Assembly: GCA_048248475.1 (NCBI GenBank)
Contig: DBFBEA010000094.1
Coordinates: 12,471-76,470, forward strand
Source of the DNA: Collinsella sp.
Lineage (GTDB): Bacteria; Actinomycetota; Coriobacteriia; Coriobacteriales; Coriobacteriaceae
DNA: 64,000 nucleotides
Direction of reading: 5' to 3'
Both the position numbers and the translations under genes were made by a program. A model generated the notes under the pieces. That model saw nothing but the letters and a program-made list of their open reading frames with translations. It was not told the DNA's origin and ran no database searches. Below, piece after piece: positions 9,292 through 19,409 of the stretch; within the stretch, counting starts at the first letter, position 1; every line of letters starts with the position of its first letter.

Positions 9292-10602
9292 CTAATGGCG
9301 GGCGCGCATCTTCACCAAACGCACCATGGCAAGCGCAAAGCCCACAGCGGCCACAGCCATCAACACATAGAACACCGAACGGAAACCAAACAGGAACACA
9401 TCCGGACGTCCTGCAACAAAACTGGTCACGGCCTCGCCCATCGCCACGCTCATCTGTCCATACAGGATATTCGACGCCACCGTAATGCCGAGTGCCATAC
9501 CCGCATAACGCGCCAGGCTACCCAGACTACCCGCAAAGCCAAGTGCCTCGCGCGGAGCCGAGCCCATGTACAGCGAGTTGTTGGGGCTCTGGAAAATCGA
9601 CGTACCGCACGACATAAATGCGACGCAGCACACGATCACAGGGATAGAAGAGTGCTCGTCGAGCGTGCTTACTGCAAAGAGACCGCACACATACACGCCC
9701 AGGCCGACCGCCGTGGGACCCTCGCAGCCAACACGGTCCGAAACCGTTCCCGAAAGCGGGCCGATAAAGGCATTCACCATTGGCAGCGCCAAAAAGAGCA
9801 ATCCGGAAATGTCAGAACCAAAGCCGTGGGCGTCCTGAAAATAGAACGGCAGAATAAACTCGGATGCGCCAATGCCAACGAACACGATGAGCATGCAGGC
9901 AAGGTTGATGGTGAAGGCCGAATTTGCAAAGCAGCGACGAGCGGCCTCGGCAAGGGGCATGGGACGTTCGCCGGCCTCTGGCCTAACATGCGGCAGCGTG
10001 TAGAGCCCCACGATAAACGAGATCACGCCAATGGGCAGGTTGATGAGGAAGATGCTCTCCCAGGGAAAGCTTGCCACCAGCATGCCGCCGAGCACGGGGC
10101 CACACATCATGCCGAGGGCCACAAAGGTCGCGAGAATACCCATGGCACGGCCTCGTTCGCGCGCCGGAAACGACTCGGTGATGATACCCATGTTGTTAGC
10201 CATGGCCGCCGCGCAACCGATGCCCTGAACAATGCGTGCCAGGATAAGAACCTCAAGCGAGGCCGAAAGGCCGCACAGCAGCGAACCGACCGAAAAGACG
10301 ATGACGCCCAACTGGAACACATTCACCTTGCCGCGCACGTCGCCCAGACGGCCAAACGGCAACATAGCCACGCAAGTCGCAAGCAGATACACCGAACTTA
10401 CCAGCTGAATGCGATCGAGGCCCACGCCCAGCTCCTTTTGCATCACGGGCAACGCCACGGTCACGACGGTCGAATCCAGACACGACATAAACGTCATGAT
10501 GAGCACGGTAAACAGAATCGCCCATTTGTTCTTGCCATGGGTGTCGCCCTCAAGGGCAATGTGCTCGCGGCGCAGCTGCTCTGCGGTTTTCTCCATATCC
10601 AT
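9292..10602 (-). CDS. MFS transporter, DHA2 (EmrB/QacA)-like
   Basis: Motifs LDSTVVTVALP, GRLGDVRG, ARIVQGIG, GPVLGGML and WESIFLINLPIG. Confidence 0.88.
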   Translation of the reverse strand: MDMEKTAEQLRREHIALEGDTHGKNKWAILFTVLIMTFMSCLDSTVVTVALPVMQKELGVGLDRIQLVSSVYLLATCVAMLPFGRLGDVRGKVNVFQLGVIVFSVGSLLCGLSASLEVLILARIVQGIGCAAAMANNMGIITESFPARERGRAMGILATFVALGMMCGPVLGGMLVASFPWESIFLINLPIGVISFIVGLYTLPHVRPEAGERPMPLAEAARRCFANSAFTINLACMLIVFVGIGASEFILPFYFQDAHGFGSDISGLLFLALPMVNAFIGPLSGTVSDRVGCEGPTAVGLGVYVCGLFAVSTLDEHSSIPVIVCCVAFMSCGTSIFQSPNNSLYMGSAPREALGFAGSLGSLARYAGMALGITVASNILYGQMSVAMGEAVTSFVAGRPDVFLFGFRSVFYVLMAVAAVGFALAMVRLVKMRARH

Positions 10603-10737
10603 CCTTTCGAGTGGCGCAAGGCAAAAACGGGGCCCCAATCGCCAGCAAACAGCCGCGATTGGGGTCCCGCCTACGGAATCGGAACGAAAGGTCGCCGAAG
10701 CTTTCTGCCAGCATCGGCGCCTTATGCGAACGCTAGC

Positions 10738-12021
10738 CTAGCACTGCTCGAGTGCCTGCTCAAGGTCGGCAATCAAGTCGGCCGTGTCCTCGAGGCCGCA
10801 CGACAGGCGTACCATATCGGCGGAGATGCCACAGGCGATGAGCTCCTCATCGTTCATCTGGCGGTGCGTGGCATTAGCGGGATGCAGGCAGCAAGTGCGG
10901 GCGTCGGCCACATGCGTGGCGATCTGGGCGAGCTTAAGGCTCTTCATAAAGGTCTCAGCCGCCGCGCGACCACCGTTAAAGCCAAAGCTCACAACGCCGC
11001 AGGTACCGTTGGGCATGTACTTCTGAGCGATGTCATAGTACTTATCGCCCTCTAGGCCCGGATAGCTCACGAAGCGTACCTTGGGATGACTCTGCAGGAA
11101 CTTGGCAACGGCCAGGCCGTTCTCACAATGACGCGGCATGCGCACATGCAGGCTCTCGAGCGAGCTGTTCAGGAAGAAGGCCGCCTGCGGGTTCTGCATG
11201 GGGCCGAGGTCGCGCATGAGCTGCGCGGTGGCCTTGGTAATGAAGGCGCCCTCGCGACCGAACTTCTTGGCATACGTCACGCCGTGGTAGCTCTCGTCGG
11301 GCGTGGTGAGACACGGGAACTTATCCGCATGGGCCATCCAGTCAAACTGGCCGTGGTCAACGATCACGCCGCCCAGGTAGGCAGCATGTCCATCCATGTA
11401 CTTGGTGGTGGAGTGCGTAACGATGTCGGCGCCCCACTCAAAGGGACGGCACATCACGGGCGTCGGGAAGGTGTTGTCGACCATCAGCGGCACGCCGTGG
11501 TCGTGCGCGGCCTTGGCAAAGCGCTCAATATCGAGCACGGCGAGGGCGGGATTGGCGATCGTCTCGCCAAAGACGAGCTTGGTATTGGGCTCAAAGGCTG
11601 CCTCGAGCTCCTCATCAGTGCAGTCGGGGGCGACGAACGTGCAGGTCACGCCCATGCGGCCCATGGTGTGGGCGAGCAGGTTATACGTACCGCCGTAAAT
11701 GGCAGAACTCGCGACCACATGATCGCCGGCACCGGCCACGTTAAAGATCGCGAGGAAATTCGCAGCCATGCCCGAGCTCGTGAGCATCGCGGCAGTGCCT
11801 CCCTCCATCTCGCAGATCTTGGCGGCAACCAGATCGCACGTGGGGTTCTGCAAACGGCTGTAGAAGTAGCCCGACTCCTCCAGGTCAAACAGCTTGCCCA
11901 TATGCTCCGACGTGTCGTACTTCCACGTGGTGGACTGGTAGATGGGCACCTGGCGCGGCTCGGCATCTCCCGGGTGATAGCCGCCCTGAACACATGTAGT
12001 ACCGATGGTCTGCTCGCTCAT
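10738..12021 (-). CDS. metY: O-acetylhomoserine aminocarboxypropyltransferase (MetY-type, PLP-dependent)
   Basis: Motifs PIYQST, YSRLQNPT, SSGMAA, HSTTKYMDGH and HPANATHRQM. Confidence 0.9.
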   Translation of the reverse strand: MSEQTIGTTCVQGGYHPGDAEPRQVPIYQSTTWKYDTSEHMGKLFDLEESGYFYSRLQNPTCDLVAAKICEMEGGTAAMLTSSGMAANFLAIFNVAGAGDHVVASSAIYGGTYNLLAHTMGRMGVTCTFVAPDCTDEELEAAFEPNTKLVFGETIANPALAVLDIERFAKAAHDHGVPLMVDNTFPTPVMCRPFEWGADIVTHSTTKYMDGHAAYLGGVIVDHGQFDWMAHADKFPCLTTPDESYHGVTYAKKFGREGAFITKATAQLMRDLGPMQNPQAAFFLNSSLESLHVRMPRHCENGLAVAKFLQSHPKVRFVSYPGLEGDKYYDIAQKYMPNGTCGVVSFGFNGGRAAAETFMKSLKLAQIATHVADARTCCLHPANATHRQMNDEELIACGISADMVRLSCGLEDTADLIADLEQALEQC

Positions 12022-12252
12022 ATCTAGCTCCCTTGCCTGGGTTTTAGTTTTATTCGGTTCACGATACCGCTACCCTGCACCCCTCTCAACCCATCCCCAA
12101 GGTAGGTTATGGGACAAATTGATCAGGGGTATTTATCTCAAGCCTTGGGCATTTGCTCGATAGATAAAAACGAGGCATACATGAAGCTCTCGATGATTAC
12201 ATGCCCCGTCACGGGTACCATAGGCGGGTACACCGTGACCAAGGAGACAACG

Positions 12253-12699
12253 ATGAAGCAAATCGATACGGCCCAGCTCGACATCACCGCCTGTCAGGCT
12301 CAAGCTGCCGAATATCACGCCCGTGGCTTTAACTGCGCCCAGGCCGTCGCCTGCACGCTCGCGCCCGCCGTCGGGCTCGACCCCCAGGTCGCCTTTACCC
12401 TCACCGAGGGCTTTGGCGCCGGCATGGGCGGCATGACCGAAACCTGCGGCGCCATCTCGGGCGCCGTGGCCATCATGGGCTTTGTAATGAGCGACGGCAT
12501 GGAAAACCCCAAGACCAAGGGCCAGACCTACAAGCTGTCGCGCGAAATCGCCAAGCGTTTTGGCGAGAAGAACACAACGACCGTCTGCGGCACGCTCAAG
12601 GGCATCGGATCGGATAAGGGTCCGCTCCGCAGCTGCCCCGGCTGCATCGACGATGCCGTCGAGATTGCCTGCGATGTGCTAAAGCAGCTCGCCGAGTAA
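12253..12699 (+). CDS. C_GCAxxG_C_C family redox protein
   Basis: Cysteine pattern FNCAQAV, TCGAISG, VCGTLK and CPGC. RBS AAGGAG upstream. Confidence 0.85.
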   Translation: MKQIDTAQLDITACQAQAAEYHARGFNCAQAVACTLAPAVGLDPQVAFTLTEGFGAGMGGMTETCGAISGAVAIMGFVMSDGMENPKTKGQTYKLSREIAKRFGEKNTTTVCGTLKGIGSDKGPLRSCPGCIDDAVEIACDVLKQLAE

Positions 12700-12767
12700 A
12701 CGGCAGCAACAGAAAAACGACGGCCGGCGCGCTTGGAATCCATCCAAAAGCACGCCGGCCGTCGCCG

Positions 12768-13406
12768 TTAGAACTCGGCAAACTCGGGAGCGCCGACCTC
12801 AATCTCCTCGCGCCCCGCCATAAGCTCGCGCATCTTAGCGCAAAACGGCTCCTGCTCCCCCGCCTTAAACACCAAATGAAGTGACACGGCGTCCGCGTAA
12901 TCGGTATCCGAAACCTTGGCACCCGAATCCTGCGCCAAGCGAAGCACCTGCTCGTACTGCGGATAGGCCACATGCACGTCAACCGGCACGACGCTTGTCA
13001 TCTCAACGATCTGCCCGGCCTCCTGAGCCGCGGCCACCGCCGCCTGCGTCGCAGCGGTATAGGCGCGCACCAAGCCACCAGGCCCCAACAGCGTGCCACC
13101 AAAATAGCGCGTCACCACGCAGCAAACATTTTTGAGCTCTGCGCCGCGCAACACCTCGAGCGTCGGCATACCGCTCGTGCGGCTCGGCTCACCGTCATCG
13201 CTCTGGCGCTCGCGTCCATCGACCAAAATCCACGCGGGGACATTGTGTCGAGCGTCGTAATGACGCTTGCGAACCATCTCGATAAAGGCATTCGCCTCAT
13301 CCTCGGACTCAATATGGACCAGCTGGGCAATAAACCGGCTCTTGCGATCCACAAACTCGCCCGAAGCCTCAATATTCGATTGCAGAGTAAAATAGCTGTC
13401 CAACAA
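12768..13406 (-). CDS. yigZ: YigZ/IMPACT family protein
   Basis: Motifs KSRFIA, ARHN, SDDGEP and VTRYFGGTLLGPGGLVRAY. Confidence 0.9.
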   Translation of the reverse strand: MLDSYFTLQSNIEASGEFVDRKSRFIAQLVHIESEDEANAFIEMVRKRHYDARHNVPAWILVDGRERQSDDGEPSRTSGMPTLEVLRGAELKNVCCVVTRYFGGTLLGPGGLVRAYTAATQAAVAAAQEAGQIVEMTSVVPVDVHVAYPQYEQVLRLAQDSGAKVSDTDYADAVSLHLVFKAGEQEPFCAKMRELMAGREEIEVGAPEFAEF

Positions 13407-13644
13407 AGCCCCTCAACAACAAGCAAAGCAACAAACAGCCTCAATAATACGGCAAAGACCGTACCGATAACCCCAGTAAATAGAACGGCAACGCCAATGA
13501 CCAGGCAAAAACAGTGAGACGTCAAGGATGACGGCGCCGATGAATCCGTCAACGAAAGCGAGAACCCGTCAGCGCGAGCAAGGTGCCTTGAAAGACGAGA
13601 TTGCAACAGAAATGAGGCTGCCGATGATCAGGCACAAGCAGCGA

Positions 13645-13742
13645 GACGGCGTCAGCTGAGTCGATTTGGCCCGAAAGAGGAGGGAGCACGCCTTATGGCG
13701 GCGACCGACGAATGAGCGCCAAATCGGCCAGCTGACGCCGTC
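13645..13742. repeat. Long inverted-repeat element of about 98 bp, downstream of rnpB
   Basis: GACGGCGTCAGCTG(A)GTCGATTTGGC ... GCCAAATCGGCCAGCTGACGCCGTC. Confidence 0.8.
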
Positions 13743-13759
13743 GCAGCGTCAACATAGTT

Positions 13760-14121
13760 GCTGAGTGGGCCTATAAGCCGGGTTCTGTCGTGAACGGTCA
13801 TTTATCTTGTCTGCACGTTACCGTGCAGCTCCACGCACGCTACCCGAACGCGGACCGGGCCGGCCCATAGCGTTCCTATTCGCGCTTGCTCCGGATGGGG
13901 CTTGCCAAGCCGCCGTGTTGCCACGACGCTGGTGGTCTCTTACACCACCGTTTCAGCTTTTCCCTTTACGCCTTGCGGCGCAGGTGGGAGTCTTCTTTTC
14001 TGCGGCGCTTTCCGTCGGATCACTCCGCCCGGCCGTTAGCCGGCATCCCGCCCTCTGGAGCCCGGACTTTCCTCACGCGTACTGCAAACAGCACATCGCG
14101 CGACCGTCTGGCCCACTCAGC
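13760..14121 (-). ncRNA. rnpB: RNase P RNA, class A
   Basis: Minus strand has GAGGAAAGTCCGGGCTCC and ACAGAACCCGGCTTAT. Terminal helix GCTGAGTGGGCC/GGCCCACTCAGC. Extended -10 TGCTACACT just upstream. Confidence 0.97.
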
Positions 14122-14404
14122 AGTGCAAGAGTGTAGCACACCGTTGCCGCAGGCAATGGCACAACACAAGCGTTCGACACGATAAACCAAGAACCACGCC
14201 ATGCAGTACAATAGGGTTGTCGATGGGCAATGTCGTCAGTCGAGACGCGACCGCGCTCCGCACCCCTCCGTCTACTCGGTGCGTTCCCGCCTCCTCCCCG
14301 AGGCGGGATGTCGGCATTTTTCATGCACCGACAACCCAATAGCAAACAGACAACCCGGGCAGCATTGCGCACGGATAGCATCGCGCGCCTCAGCAGCAAA
14401 TGCA

Positions 14405-14437
14405 AAAAGGGACCCGTCCATTGCGGACGGATCCCTT
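14405..14437 (-). terminator. Intrinsic terminator of rpsA
   Basis: AAGGGATCCGTCCGCAATGGACGGGTCCCTTTT on the minus strand. Confidence 0.75.
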
Positions 14438-14461
14438 AAAACAAGTGATCGTCAAACCGAT

Positions 14462-15628
14462 TTACTCGGCGTCGGTCTCCTCGTCCTTCTTCTCGGAAGG
14501 AAGCGGGGTAACCTCGATCTCGACGCCCAGAGTCTCAGCAGCAGACTTCATGGACAGGGAGATGCGACGACGGTCGAGGTCGATCTCCATGACCTTGACC
14601 TGAACCTTGTCGCCCACGTGGGTGACCTGAGAAGGCTGGTCGACGTGCTTGTTGGCCATCTCGGAGATGTGCACCAGGCCCTCGATGCCCTCGCCCAGGT
14701 CGACGAAAGCGCCGAACGGGACAAGCTTGGTCACAGTGCCCTCGACGATAGCGCCGACGGGGTACTTCTTGACCAGTGCGCGCCACGGATCCTCGGTGGT
14801 CTGCTTGAGACCCAGGGAGATGCGCTCGCGGTTGAGATCGACGTCGAGAACCTCGACCTCGACCTCCTGGCCGACCTTGACAACCTCGGAAGGATGGTTG
14901 ACGTGGTTCCAGGAGAGCTCGGAGATGTGGATGAGGCCGTCGATACCGCCGAGGTCGACGAAGGCGCCGAAGTCGACGATGGAGGAAACGGTGCCCTGGA
15001 GACGCATGCCAGACTTGAGCTTGGACAGGATCTCGGAGCGCTCGGCCTTACGGGACTCCTCGAGCACGACGCGACGGGAGAGGACGACGTTGTTGCGGTT
15101 GCGGTCCATCTCGATAACGCGGGCCTCGATGCGGGTGCCCATGTAGGAGGTGAGGTCCTTGACGCGACGGAGGTCGACGAGGGAAGCAGGCAGGAAGCCA
15201 CGCAGGCCGATGTCGAGGATCAGGCCGCCCTTGACAACCTCGATAACCTCGCCCTCGACGTTCTCGCCGGAGTTGAACTTCTCCTCGATGCGGTTCCAAG
15301 CACGCTCGTACTCGGCACGCTTCTTGGACAGGACCAGACGACCGTCCTTGTCCTCCTTCTGGAGAACCAGAGCCTCGATGGGATCACCGAGTGCAACGAT
15401 GTCTGCAGGGTTAGCGTCCTTGCGGATGGACAGCTCGCGGACCGGGATAACGCCCTCGGACTTGAATCCGATGTCAACGAGCACCTCGTCATGCTCGATC
15501 TTAACGACAGTGCCGTTAACGAGATCGCCCTCATCAAAGTCGGTAATCGTACCGTCGATGAGGTTGTTCATCTCCTCCTCGTTGACATCGTCAAGAGAGA
15601 AAATGGACGAGTTCTGAATCTCACTCAA
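14462..15628 (-). CDS. rpsA: 30S ribosomal protein S1
   Basis: Four S1 repeats (DIGFKSEG, FGAFVDLGGIDGLIHISEL) and strong codon bias. TTG start. Confidence 0.97.
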   Translation of the reverse strand: MSEIQNSSIFSLDDVNEEEMNNLIDGTITDFDEGDLVNGTVVKIEHDEVLVDIGFKSEGVIPVRELSIRKDANPADIVALGDPIEALVLQKEDKDGRLVLSKKRAEYERAWNRIEEKFNSGENVEGEVIEVVKGGLILDIGLRGFLPASLVDLRRVKDLTSYMGTRIEARVIEMDRNRNNVVLSRRVVLEESRKAERSEILSKLKSGMRLQGTVSSIVDFGAFVDLGGIDGLIHISELSWNHVNHPSEVVKVGQEVEVEVLDVDLNRERISLGLKQTTEDPWRALVKKYPVGAIVEGTVTKLVPFGAFVDLGEGIEGLVHISEMANKHVDQPSQVTHVGDKVQVKVMEIDLDRRRISLSMKSAAETLGVEIEVTPLPSEKKDEETDAE

Positions 15629-15943
15629 AGGTGGACCCCTTTCGAACTACGGGGCCCCGATTGCTAGGACCTACAGAAGGGTGCGACAAGCACACAACGT
15701 TTAGGAACACTCGGGAGCCGACAGATACTAATGTGACGCTTATGCAATCACGTTCGTATAGGTTACGGGGAAATGAGTTCGATTTCAAGCGTGAACTGCG
15801 ATTTTTTACTCGTGTGGAGACTTTTTCGTAATCTTATGAACACACGTCTCCGCAACTTGACGATAACCAGCCAGGCATTCGGCTTTGGGGTAAAGTATCC
15901 GGAGCCAACGACTCTAGATCAAATTTACGAGAAAGGTGCCCGC

Positions 15944-16702
15944 GTGCTCAAAGCAGTCGTTTTCGATATGGACGAAACGCTTCTTAGCATCAACCTCAAC
16001 GCGTTCATCCTTCGCTATTTTAAGGATGTCTCGTCGATGCTCGCGGATATCGGTCGCCGCAGCCACGGTGGCACGATGGCACGCCTCGGCACTATCTTGG
16101 TCGACCTCAACGCCAATCGCCGAAGCGGCACGGATAATCGCACCAATCTTGAGTTCTACCAAGAAGAGGTTGAGCGCCGGTGCGGCATTTGCCTCTCGGA
16201 CCCACTCATCTACGAGGCGTTTACCTACTATGACCGCGAAGTTCTTCCGTACAAGAACGACGATGTCATTAACGCCCACGCCATGCCGGGCGCACACGCC
16301 GCGCTCCAGGCCGTACAGGACGCAGGGCTGCGCTGCGCGCTCTTTACCAACCCCAGCTTTCCCCAGGGCGCCATCGAGTGCCGCATGGGTTGGGGCGACC
16401 TGGCCGACGCTCCCTTTGAGCTCGTCACGCACATGGGAAACACCACCCGCTGCAAGCCCGATGCCACCTACTATCTAGAGCAGCTTCAGGTGATGGGGCT
16501 CGAGCCGCACGAGGTCCTTATGGTTGGCAACGATCCCAAACGCGACTTCCCGTCCCCCGATTGCGGCATCCAAACCGCCTTTGTGGGCCAGGGCAAGCCC
16601 AGCCGAGCCACCTGGCGCGGAACCATGGAAGACTTCGCCCGCGACTTTAACGCCGTAATCGAGGCCTTCTACGAGCACCAAATAGCCGACGAACTATCGT
16701 AG
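15944..16702 (+). CDS. HAD-superfamily hydrolase
   Basis: VVFDMDETL motif I, CKPD and LMVGND. GTG start after RBS GAAAGG. Confidence 0.85.
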   Translation: MLKAVVFDMDETLLSINLNAFILRYFKDVSSMLADIGRRSHGGTMARLGTILVDLNANRRSGTDNRTNLEFYQEEVERRCGICLSDPLIYEAFTYYDREVLPYKNDDVINAHAMPGAHAALQAVQDAGLRCALFTNPSFPQGAIECRMGWGDLADAPFELVTHMGNTTRCKPDATYYLEQLQVMGLEPHEVLMVGNDPKRDFPSPDCGIQTAFVGQGKPSRATWRGTMEDFARDFNAVIEAFYEHQIADELS

Positions 16703-16722
16703 GCGCCAGAACATCTAGCGCA

Positions 16723-16787
16723 GTTGCGGTGAGATAGTTCCTGTTTGCCCCTCACCCGGGTAATTTTAGGAACTATCTCACCGCAAC
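16723..16787. repeat. 65-bp palindromic dispersed repeat, copy 2
   Basis: GTTGCGGTGAGATA...TATCTCACCGCAAC. Confidence 0.9.
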
Positions 16788-16794
16788 GTAATAT

Positions 16795-18114
16795 CTAGCA
16801 GACCTGGGTTTTGCCGATCATGATGTTGAGGATCTCGACGTCGGTGTCCTTCATGCCTACGCGGCCTACGTAGCCCATACTGGCGATTGTCTGCTCAACG
16901 GTATCTTGGATCAGGCCCTCGCCGGCGCGGAAGCCGCGACCCTGCATGGCCATATCATGGCCCAGAATCGCCGCATCGACGGCAGCCGAGATCTTGGCGG
17001 CACAGCTCGCTTTGGCGCCGTCGCACACGATGCCGCCCACGTTACCGAGCGTGTTCGAGACCGTCGCGCCAATCTGCTCGCGCGTGCCACCGCACAGCCA
17101 GGTAATCGCGGCGCCGGCGCCGCACGCGGCGCAAATAGCACCGCAAAACGCCGAGAGCGCACCAATATAGCTCTTGATATGCACGGCGATAAGATCGGAC
17201 AGCATCACGGCGCGCACCAGGCGCTCGTGGTCGCAACGCAGGTACTCGGCATACTCCATGACGGGCAATGCGCAGGTAATGCCCTGATTGCCCGAGCCGC
17301 ACACAATGGCGACCGGCAGCGCGCAGCCGTTCATGCGGGCGTCGGACCCGGCGGCCGCACGGGCACGGGCACGGCAGGCGACGTCATCGGCACGAGCACC
17401 CAGCAGCGTACGACCCACCTCGGCGCCCCAAGCGTGCGCAAGGCCCTCGGCACTGATTGCGCCATTCAGCTCAATCTGACGCTCAACGGCAGCACGGGCG
17501 TCCTCAATGTCACCGTCCTCGATAAAGTCGATGATGGTCTCGATCGACATGGGCGTGTCGGCGTTATCTGCCGCCCGCTCGGCCACGACGCGCTCGGCGC
17601 AGGCGGCACACTCCCCCGCCGACTTGCCGCACACCGGAATACCATCGAGGGTATGGCACGTGACATTGGTGTGGTGGTCGGTAATCTCGACGACCGCGGT
17701 ATGGCCCCCGGCCGTGGCAGTCACCTTGATGTAGAGGTTGGGCACACCCTCGACAAGCGACACATCGCAGTAGCCGGCGTCGGCGAGGAGCTCGGCCACG
17801 CGAGCGCGGTCTTCATCGTTAACGCTCTCGAGCACCTCGAGCGCGCTCTTAGCGTCGCCGCCCACGGCACCCAGCACGGCCGCGGCCTCAATACCGTGCA
17901 TACCGCCCGAGTTGGGCACGGTCACGCTCTTGACGTTCTTGATGATGTTGCCCGAGCAGGCAACATCCATATGATCGGGCTCGCAACCGAGCGTCTGGCT
18001 CGCCAGCGCCGCTGCATAGGCAACGGCAATGGGCTCGGTGCAGCCGAGCGCGCAGACAAGCTCGCGGTTCAAAACATCGCAAAACGCGGCATCACGAAGG
18101 GAATCGGCAGGCAT
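16795..18114 (-). CDS. Fe-S L-cysteine desulfidase / serine dehydratase alpha-like protein (UPF0597/YhaM family)
   Basis: Motifs ALGCTEP, AAAGSDARMNG, GSGNQG, LSAFCG and CDGAKASCA. Confidence 0.85.
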   Translation of the reverse strand: MPADSLRDAAFCDVLNRELVCALGCTEPIAVAYAAALASQTLGCEPDHMDVACSGNIIKNVKSVTVPNSGGMHGIEAAAVLGAVGGDAKSALEVLESVNDEDRARVAELLADAGYCDVSLVEGVPNLYIKVTATAGGHTAVVEITDHHTNVTCHTLDGIPVCGKSAGECAACAERVVAERAADNADTPMSIETIIDFIEDGDIEDARAAVERQIELNGAISAEGLAHAWGAEVGRTLLGARADDVACRARARAAAGSDARMNGCALPVAIVCGSGNQGITCALPVMEYAEYLRCDHERLVRAVMLSDLIAVHIKSYIGALSAFCGAICAACGAGAAITWLCGGTREQIGATVSNTLGNVGGIVCDGAKASCAAKISAAVDAAILGHDMAMQGRGFRAGEGLIQDTVEQTIASMGYVGRVGMKDTDVEILNIMIGKTQVC

Positions 18115-18385
18115 AGGTATCTCCTACTTGTATAACAGGCTGGGCTCTCAATAATAATTAGCTCTTTTATTTGATAACAATGCATCAAAAACCGCAACCC
18201 AGGTTCCGGTAGACGGCATTCAGGCGAAAACTGACGGCATTCATTCATGAGAAACCGGTCTTGTTGCATGCTAAAGCGTTTGACCAAAAAACGCCCAAGC
18301 GTTTACACAAAAGTCGCGCTATCATGCAGTCGAACGCGGTAAAACCTTTAGCAATCTCGCCGCACAGACCAGAGAGGAACTATCC

Positions 18386-18853
18386 ATGAAGATCGGTATC
18401 GGTAACGACCACGCCGCCGTCGAGCTCAAGAACATCATCTCCGAGCACCTGAAGGAGCGCGGCTGCGAGGTCGTGAACTTTGGCACCGACACCTCCGAGA
18501 GCTTTGACTACCCCATCGCCGGCTACAAGGTGGGTAAGGCCGTTGCCAACGGCGACGTCGATCTAGGCATCCTGATCTGTGGCACCGGCGTCGGTATCAG
18601 CCTGGCTGCCAACAAGGTCGAGGGCGTACGCGCCGTCGTGTGCTCCGAGCCCTTCAGTGCCAAGCTCTCCCGCATGCACAACAATACCAACGTGCTCGCT
18701 TTTGGCGCCCGCGTCGTGGGCTCCGAGCTCGCCAAGATGATCGTCGACGAGTGGCTCGACGCCGAGTTTGAGGGTGGTCGTCACGAGCGTCGCGTTAACC
18801 TCCTCAACGAGATCGATCACACGCGCGCCCTTAAGATCGTCGACGAAGCCTAA
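18386..18853 (+). CDS. rpiB: Ribose-5-phosphate isomerase B
   Basis: Motifs GNDHAA, CGTGVG, ANKV, HNNTNVL and FEGGRH. Confidence 0.95.
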   Translation: MKIGIGNDHAAVELKNIISEHLKERGCEVVNFGTDTSESFDYPIAGYKVGKAVANGDVDLGILICGTGVGISLAANKVEGVRAVVCSEPFSAKLSRMHNNTNVLAFGARVVGSELAKMIVDEWLDAEFEGGRHERRVNLLNEIDHTRALKIVDEA

Positions 18854-18877
18854 ACTATTCAGTGCCACAAGCTAACA

Positions 18878-18966
18878 GCAGGGGCCCGCTCGGAACACAT
18901 GTCCGAGCGGGCCCCTGCATAGATTTTGGAATAAAAGGGCGCCGCGGATGGAGTTCCGCGGCGCCC
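18878..18966. terminator. Back-to-back hairpins terminating the convergent rpiB and ndk genes
   Basis: GCAGGGGCCCGCTCGGA...TCCGAGCGGGCCCCTGC at 18878-18918 and AAAAGGGCGCCGCGGA...TCCGCGGCGCCC at 18933-18966. Confidence 0.7.
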
Positions 18967-19004
18967 AAGCCACACGCTAACAGCTTTAAGGAGTCAAAGC
19001 TGGT

Positions 19005-19409
19005 TTAGCCAAAGAAGCGCTTGATCTCAATCTCGGCGTTCTCCAGGCAGTCGGAGCCGTGGATCACGTTGGCGTTGACATCGACGGCAAAGTCGCCGCG
19101 GATGGTACCAGGAGCAGCCTCAAGCGGGTTGGTAGCGCCCATGAGGGTGCGCATCTTAGCAACAGCGGAGAGACCGGAAACGACCATCTTGACGACCGGA
19201 CCGCTCGTCATAAAGTCGCAGAGACCGCCAAAGAAGGGCTTGTCGGCCAGATGGGCGTAGTGCTCCTCGACGGTAGCGCGCTCGAGCGTGGTCATCTCCA
19301 TGCGCTCGATGACAAGGCCGCTGCGCTCAATGCGAGCAACGATCTCGCCGATCTTGCGGTCGCGCACGGCGTCGGGCTTAATCATGATGAAGGTCTTCTC
19401 GATAGCCAT
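19005..19409 (-). CDS. ndk: Nucleoside diphosphate kinase
   Basis: Motifs TFIMIKPDA, GATNP, PGTIRGDF and NVIHGSD. Confidence 0.97.
   Translation of the reverse strand: MAIEKTFIMIKPDAVRDRKIGEIVARIERSGLVIERMEMTTLERATVEEHYAHLADKPFFGGLCDFMTSGPVVKMVVSGLSAVAKMRTLMGATNPLEAAPGTIRGDFAVDVNANVIHGSDCLENAEIEIKRFFG

Noticed and set aside
9181..11055. Long antisense ORFs (e.g. 92-1177, 9181-11055, 14201-15667, 47105-48826, 55405-57156, 59201-60964, 62590-63999)
   Set aside because: These are shadow frames opposite well-supported genes in GC-rich DNA, with no recognisable motifs.
12022..12250. SAM riboswitch or T-box upstream of metY
   Set aside because: No aptamer or T-box consensus is recognised. Only a weak dyad (TTTATCT...AGATAAA) is present.
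13112..13606. Hydrophobic 164-aa minus-strand ORF overlapping yigZ
   Set aside because: Its hydrophobicity follows from the local T-rich skew, it overlaps yigZ out of frame, and it has no convincing RBS.
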